DNA of 64,000 nt. Source: Amphiscolops sp. MND2022 (taxonomy: Eukaryota). Positions 61,801 through 64,000 of this stretch are shown in pieces. The stretch is taken from positions 94,490,001 to 94,554,000 of the forward strand of contig OZ076409.1 of the NCBI GenBank assembly GCA_964187785.1. The letters are read 5' to 3'. Below the pieces are notes generated by a model. That model did not search any database and was not told the DNA's origin. It saw nothing but the letters and a program-made list of their open reading frames with translations. Numbering within the stretch: position 1 is the first letter of the stretch; the number at the start of each line of letters is the position of its first letter. The position numbers were made by a program, and so were the translations under genes.

Positions 61801-64000
61801 GAAGTGCCTATCTTGACTCCAAGACGGCATACCCCTCCATCAACGAGATAATATCTTCATCATTGTCAATGCCGCCATGCAACACCTCCTCCACTTCTGT
61901 CACTGCTTCGTGTACTGTGTTGCCAGTTTCGTCATCTTCATTCACTGGAAAATCACCATTTGACGCAGCTTCTCTGTGGTCTTTTCTCCCATCAGATGTT
62001 GTTGCTACCAACTTAAGATTGCAACAATGCCCCGCTGTCAGAGAAATAACATAGACGCTCCAAATCTGCAAGCCCCTTCACCAGAAGCGTCCGCAACTGC
62101 CCCCAGGTGAAACAAGCTCTGCAACGAAAAGAATTGACCACTCTGTTGTATAAAAACAAAAAACTCGAAAACTAAAACAAGGCTCTCAAGCGTTACGAAA
62201 ACTATTTAGACAAACTGATTTCAAAATGTTCACTTAATTAAAAACAATCGCAATTAACCTGAACCAAATAGCTAATCATTTAATCACTCCCCATGTCTTT
62301 CTGAATTTAAATCCCTTTATTATACGCAGCCCAATTATAACCCACTTACTTATTCAGTGACCCCCATATTTATAATAATTGCAGGCAACATTCCCAAAAA
62401 GTACCCTCACTTCCCAAAATCGTTTCACATATTCCCTCTTTTCCCTATCAAATAAATACCTTAATTTTTCTTTCGCCGCCATACCCCGCGCTAATCCCAT
62501 CACAATTGAATCTCTCACAAACTGACCCCCCATTTCTTTGAATGATTCACCATCCTTGGACCCTTCTTTGCAAAGAGTCGATTAATCAAAGTTTAATGTT
62601 TTGTTTTCGAATTTTATTCAAAATTTGTACAAAAAATATTTTATACTAATGTCCCACCTCTCTTATCATGTGGCATATATTGCAATTTCCCTCACTCTCA
62701 TTTTCACCAACTCTTCAAGTTTTTCTGTCACTATGAAAATAAAATTCTTTTGTAGCCATTTTCGTTCACCACACTGTAAAAGTTTCATAAAATGTACAAC
62801 TTGGATGCTACTTCATTACGCTAGAAGGTCGGTTTTACCGACCTAATTGAACCTTCAAATGTTTTAACCCCCTCTCTCTTTCTTCCTCTCTCTCTCTCTC
62901 TCTCTCTCGATTTGTTCAATTACCATTTTTCAACTCCGCCAATTTCCATGTTCCTGCTCTTTTGACGTCACTCGCTCGCTGCCTATTCATCACTGTTCTT
63001 TTCCAGTCACGTTCTCTTTCAAACGCTTCTCGAAGTAATCAACATGAACTGACTACAATTAAAATGATGCATTCCCCAAAAAAACACGCCAATTTTTAGT
63101 CTTTTGAACTCCAATATAAGAAACAAAACCTTTTCAAATTCATACATTCTTTTAAACTTAGCACCAACTCAAAGAATATTAATCGTAACTACACCTCTAT
63201 TTAATTGTCTAAAGCTGGAACTTGAGTATTCCCGAACCCTACGCAAGTAAAAAATAATGCCAAGACATAGTTACAACTTAAAATTATAATATTAGGATAT
63301 AGTTGAAACTCTTCTTGTAGAAAACAATTTACACCTTCCTCAGCTGCCTATAAACTTAAACTCACCTCTCCATATCTATTAAAACAACACCAAAACATTT
63401 TTATCCTAACTCAAACACCTCGTGCAAAACTTTAAAATTTCTCATTCTTTTTTTTCCAAACCCGGTCGGATGATATATCTATGATGTAAGGCCTCGAAAT
63501 CATCTCCCCGCCTATTTGTCTGAATGTCGCAACTTGGCGTACGCACTTTGAATTTTATTGTACTCATTTGTATTCATCAAATTTCCGATCTCTGTAGAGT
63601 TTTTTTGTTCTTTATCCTCTTCACAACTGAGATAAACGTTATACCTAAAAAGTTGTCAATTACATCTTGAGATTCTGACCAGACTTTGCAACTCTCTTAG
63701 CGTCTCCCTAAAGTACTGAACCTCTAAAATAAAGAAACATACCAACAAATACTTTAATTTCCCCCTCAAGTCTTAAACCCAGTGTTCAACAAACGCAAAC
63801 CCAGTTTTTAGATGCTATTTCTGCTGAAGTCTTGAAGTTCAGCCAGATACCCGTATAATATAGCAGTGCTGACTATCTATGATTGTAATACTATTTGACT
63901 CGTTTCACAAGAAGTTGAACCTAAAGATACACGTTTTTAGTGTAGTTTATTTAAACGTTATACACAAAATGAAAGTGTAATGGACGATTTTATGCTCCCC
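58826..64000. repeat. Inverted duplication, arms 58826-61295 and 61532-64000 (continuing beyond the window), about 99% identical
   Basis: Mirror ORFs (60756+/61808-, 60773-/61653+); reverse-complement match with scattered SNPs and a GA-microsatellite length difference. Confidence 0.97.
61332..61531. other. Assembly gap (200 N)
   Basis: Run of exactly 200 Ns. Confidence 1.

Overview
AT-rich, repeat-dominated eukaryotic (probably invertebrate) genomic DNA with a 200-N scaffold gap near the right end. Three related but divergent Ty3/Gypsy LTR retrotransposons dominate: A (1-11652, +, 3' part only), B (16211-32370, +, TSD AGTGT) and C (35991-47482, -, TSD ATTGT, internally deleted). A fourth, decayed internal fragment (D, about 48950-52700) follows. 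They share an unusual architecture. Long LTRs (1.2-2.3 kb) carry the first 100-195 codons of gag. In B and C the PBS TGGTGACAGGAG is translated inside gag and gag/pol are joined by a -1 slippery site. Between pol and the 3' LTR lies a large antisense, multi-intron gene encoding a low-complexity N-terminus, a BED-type zinc finger and an apparently catalytically dead hAT-transposase-like body. Intron positions and phases are conserved between the elements, and in B the gene splices into an open 1281-codon frame. Each element's LTR is also enriched in its own short motif, which suggests a self-targeting DNA-binding regulator. Other content: probable degenerate Polinton/Maverick-like remnants, a 2437-bp tandem duplication inside A, a duplicated flank in place of the PPT of B, a ~256-bp tandem repeat, a partial class A GPCR gene split by a 678-bp CAGG-flanked insertion, and a ~2.5-kb inverted duplication across the gap. 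All family assignments were made by eye from motifs; no database search was run.
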